6,659 nt of DNA, taken from positions 1-6,659 of IMG/VR virus record IMGVR_UViG_3300029584_000073. The stretch is one strand, 5' to 3'. Source of the stretch: a virus. Below the pieces are notes generated by a model that saw only the letters and a list, made by a program, of their open reading frames with translations, searched no databases and had not been told where the DNA came from. Position numbers and translations under genes: made by a program. Below are positions 3,999 through 6,659 of this stretch, one piece after another. Each line of letters opens with the position of its first letter. The stretch's first letter is position 1.

Positions 3999-6272
3999 AT
4001 GGCAAATATATTTCGTAAAAAAGACGCATATATAGATCGTGTCAATCGGTCTACTTTTGACCTTTCTTTTGTGAATAACCTGACGATGAAGTTCGGCGCT
4101 ATCACTCCGGTGTGCCTGTTACCGGTTTCTTTTGGTGATTCATTTCAGATAAACGCCCGTTTCAATTTGCAATTGCTTCCGACCGTGTTCCCTATACAGA
4201 CACAGTTGTATGTGCGGTTGCATTTTGTTTATGTTCGCACTCGTACTCTTTGGGAAGATTGGATGTCGTTCTTTGGAGGTGATGAAACTGTAACTCCTCC
4301 TTGGATGGATGTTCTTGCTAACGGTAATACTCCTCAACGAAAACAACAGTTTAATTTACCTGATGACTTACAAACTGGTTCTCTTGCGGATTATCTCGGT
4401 GTGCCTACAACGATTACAGGCACTTATGGTTCTACTGTTAATGGAGTATTACACTCGCCTATATATACATCAGAAAAATCGTCTCCGAATTTTGGTCGAG
4501 GTTTTTATACAGCTTTAGCTACGCCAAATACTTCTGATGTATTTACTCTTAATGATTTGATTGCTAAAAAAGGGCTTGGACTTGGCGAACTTTTTGTATA
4601 TCAAAATGAGTCATTCATTGGTATTAATGATTATGGCTTTTCTAAAACCCTTATGGCTTTTGAATATAACTTTCAAAGTAACCAATCAACGCAGTCTCCT
4701 CAGGTTATACTTTCTTGTGCTGGATTTCCTGAATTAATTCAATATTTACAAACTTCTCGTTTGGGTTATATTTTTTCGGAAGATTCCTCTTTGGCTACTG
4801 AAATTGGCAAAATTGATTCTTCGGTTGTTTCTGGCACAGATATTATTTTAACTTTTAAGGCATCTAATGCTATTACTTCTTTTAAGTTCTATCTTGTTAT
4901 AGAGTTTGACGCTCATGACCGGAAACCTCATTCTGACGCTCTAACGTATACCTATATTGACTCGTCAAATTCTGTTTATCCTTATGGTTCAGGTATATAT
5001 GAATCTTTGCGTCAAAAATTCAATTCTATGAATGTTGCTGCTGTTATGTCTTCTAATGAATGGGTTAAACCCGAAGCTGCTAATTGTCCTTTCTATGCTA
5101 CTTCCGGTATGCCTTCTATTCCGCTGTCTGCACTTCCTTTTCGTGCGTATGAAGCTTATTATAATGCATTTGGCCGTGACATTCGTAATAATCCGTTTAT
5201 CGTGGACGGTAAACCGGAATACAATAAGTATGTCCCCTCTGTAAAAGGTGGACCTGATAGTTATAAATATCAATTACATTATGCTAATTGGGAACCTGAC
5301 GCTTATACTACGGCTTTACAGTCTCCACAAGCTGGTATTGCTCCTCTTGTAGGTATTACTTCTCTTGGTGAAGCTACATTCCGTGATGCTGCTGGTACTG
5401 AATACCATGCGCAGCTTGAAACTGCTGAAGACGGTGATACTGTTACTGGTTTTCAGGTTAAATCTTCTAATGCTCCTGCTGATGTTGTTCGGAATCTTAT
5501 AGGTATGGCTACTTCTGGTATATCTATTTCTGATTTCCGGAATGTTAACTCTTTGCAACGTTTCCTTGAAATTCGTATTCGTCAGTCTCCGCGTTATAAG
5601 AATCTTGTTAAGGGTCTCTTTGACGTTAATTTGGATTATGACGAACTCATGATGCCCGAATTCCTTGGTGGTATTTCTGATACTATACCTGTATATAAGG
5701 TAACTCAAACTACACCTACAGAGGGTAATCCTCTTGGTAGTTTTGCTGGTCAAGGTTCCTTGCAGTCCGGTATGCGTCATGTTATTCGTAAATATTGTCC
5801 GGAAGACGGTTATATTCTTGGTGTCATGTCGGTTGTACCTGCTGCGAACTATTCGCAGTTGTTGCCGCCTCATTTTACCCGTATGAACCTTTTGGATTGG
5901 CATTTTCCGCAATTCAATAACATTAGTTATCAGCCTATGCTGTATAAACATCTTTGTCCGTATCAGGCCTATGCTGTTAATCCTCAAAACGTTAATAATG
6001 TATTTGGTTATCAGCGTGCATATTGGGATTTAATTGCATCTTTTGATGAAGTCCATGGTGAATTCCGTGGTTCTATGAGAAATTTCCTTATTAACCGTGT
6101 TTTTGATAAAGCGCCTGAACTTTCTAAGGATTTTTTACTCGTTAATCCTGATCATGTCAATGATGTATTTGCTATGACTTCGGAGAATGGTGATAAGATT
6201 TTGGGTTCTGTTGCATTTGAAATAACTAAAAAGACAACTATACCTCGTAATTCTGTACCTCATATTGAATAA
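3999..6272 (+). CDS. VP1: Microviridae VP1 / F-type major capsid protein (757 aa, unusually long)
   Basis: Conserved microvirus capsid blocks are present: N-terminal FDLSF...GAITPV...LPVSFGDSF, LADYLGVP (D131 at nt 4389), SALPFRAYEAYYNAFGRD (S377 at nt 5127), MPEFLGG and FGYQRAYWD. It is the longest ORF and has strong T3 codon bias. Confidence 0.93.
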   Translation: MANIFRKKDAYIDRVNRSTFDLSFVNNLTMKFGAITPVCLLPVSFGDSFQINARFNLQLLPTVFPIQTQLYVRLHFVYVRTRTLWEDWMSFFGGDETVTPPWMDVLANGNTPQRKQQFNLPDDLQTGSLADYLGVPTTITGTYGSTVNGVLHSPIYTSEKSSPNFGRGFYTALATPNTSDVFTLNDLIAKKGLGLGELFVYQNESFIGINDYGFSKTLMAFEYNFQSNQSTQSPQVILSCAGFPELIQYLQTSRLGYIFSEDSSLATEIGKIDSSVVSGTDIILTFKASNAITSFKFYLVIEFDAHDRKPHSDALTYTYIDSSNSVYPYGSGIYESLRQKFNSMNVAAVMSSNEWVKPEAANCPFYATSGMPSIPLSALPFRAYEAYYNAFGRDIRNNPFIVDGKPEYNKYVPSVKGGPDSYKYQLHYANWEPDAYTTALQSPQAGIAPLVGITSLGEATFRDAAGTEYHAQLETAEDGDTVTGFQVKSSNAPADVVRNLIGMATSGISISDFRNVNSLQRFLEIRIRQSPRYKNLVKGLFDVNLDYDELMMPEFLGGISDTIPVYKVTQTTPTEGNPLGSFAGQGSLQSGMRHVIRKYCPEDGYILGVMSVVPAANYSQLLPPHFTRMNLLDWHFPQFNNISYQPMLYKHLCPYQAYAVNPQNVNNVFGYQRAYWDLIASFDEVHGEFRGSMRNFLINRVFDKAPELSKDFLLVNPDHVNDVFAMTSENGDKILGSVAFEITKKTTIPRNSVPHIE

Positions 6273-6274
6273 TT

Positions 6275-6586
6275 ATGAAACAAGTAGTAATTCACGCATG
6301 GAACACTCACACGTGTACATGTACTCGGAAACCGGGCGAACTTCCTGTACGTGGTGACCTTGCATATACTCCCGCTCAAATGTATGAAGCTGCCAAAGCT
6401 GGTGTACCTATTTCTTCTCAAAATATTTCGCAGCTGCCCTCTGATGATTTTATGGATGAAGAATCTTGGATTGTTCCCGTTGAATATCGTCGAGGTCAGG
6501 ATATTGCTGATATTTGGAATGCTCAACGTGATGCACGCGCTAAAATTGTAGCCGCCTACAATAAAAAGCGTAAGCAGTTACAATAA
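6275..6586 (+). CDS. Hypothetical protein, 103 aa, between VP1 and VP2; it spans the circular junction
   Basis: The ATG is 2 nt after the VP1 stop (TAATTATG, the same junction as upstream of VP1). Its stop overlaps the VP2 ATG (TAATG). The middle is acidic (SDDFMDEESW) and the C-terminus basic (AYNKKRKQLQ). A scaffolding or DNA-binding role is a guess from position only. Confidence 0.6.
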   Translation: MKQVVIHAWNTHTCTCTRKPGELPVRGDLAYTPAQMYEAAKAGVPISSQNISQLPSDDFMDEESWIVPVEYRRGQDIADIWNAQRDARAKIVAAYNKKRKQLQ

Positions 6587-6659
6587 TGCCAGGTTTTTTT
6601 GCAGGTGCTGGTGGTGCGCTAATTGGTGGCGCACTTTCCGGCATCTCTAATTTATTCGG
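6561..6659. repeat. Terminal direct repeat, copy 2 (identical to 1-99)
   Basis: See copy 1. Confidence 0.95.
6586..6659 (+). CDS. VP2: Redundant partial copy of the VP2 5' end (same bases as 26-99), an artefact of linearisation
   Basis: It lies entirely within terminal repeat copy 2 and its sequence is identical to 26-99. Confidence 0.9.
   Translation, partial: MPGFFAGAGGALIGGALSGISNLF

Noticed and set aside
5316-5987. Long minus-strand ORFs inside genes: 223 aa at 5316-5987, and also 2179-2697, 2989-3276, 4989-5273, 4140-4346, 521-733 and 6260-6526.
   Set aside because: Each is codon-aligned antisense to a + strand gene, so its first codon base pairs with the sense third base. Sense codons are strongly T-ending, so antisense codons start with A and cannot be stops. 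The result is long I/T/N/K/R/S-rich open frames, exactly as observed. All known microvirus genes are on one strand, and these ORFs show no start context or motif.

Overview
The window is one complete circular ssDNA Microviridae genome, linearised with a 99-nt assembly overlap: bases 1-99 are identical to 6561-6659, giving a unit length of 6,560 nt. All credible genes are on the + strand and tightly packed, with TAATG and TAAnnATG junctions. In order they are a VP2-like pilot/minor capsid protein (26-1069), an orphan 94-aa ORF with its own Bacteroides-type promoter (1167-1451), and a ~535-nt structured non-coding region (1452-1986). These are followed by a VP4 HUH replication initiator (1987-3384), three small ORFs (3387-3996, one below the ORF-track cutoff, one a membrane/lipoprotein-like peptide) and a very large VP1 major capsid protein (3999-6272, 757 aa). 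A 103-aa ORF (6275-6586) runs across the circular junction. Genome size, the oversized VP1, the TTTG/TAnnTTTG promoter boxes and the lack of Shine-Dalgarno motifs suggest an Alpavirinae-like microvirus of a Bacteroidota host; this is inference. The most interesting signal is the non-coding region. It holds a 10/10 (19/30) match to the phiX174 origin/nick core at the ORF94 stop codon and a series of perfect triloop hairpins. It also holds a 13-bp inverted repeat whose arms resemble the XerD half of dif. A GC-rich island carries a dense cluster of GCGNAGC / GCGNNAGC mini-hairpin motifs, candidate signals for complementary-strand priming. No tRNA, rRNA, CRISPR array, integrase or transposase is visible. 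Long antisense and +1-frame ORFs are explained by strong T bias at third codon positions.
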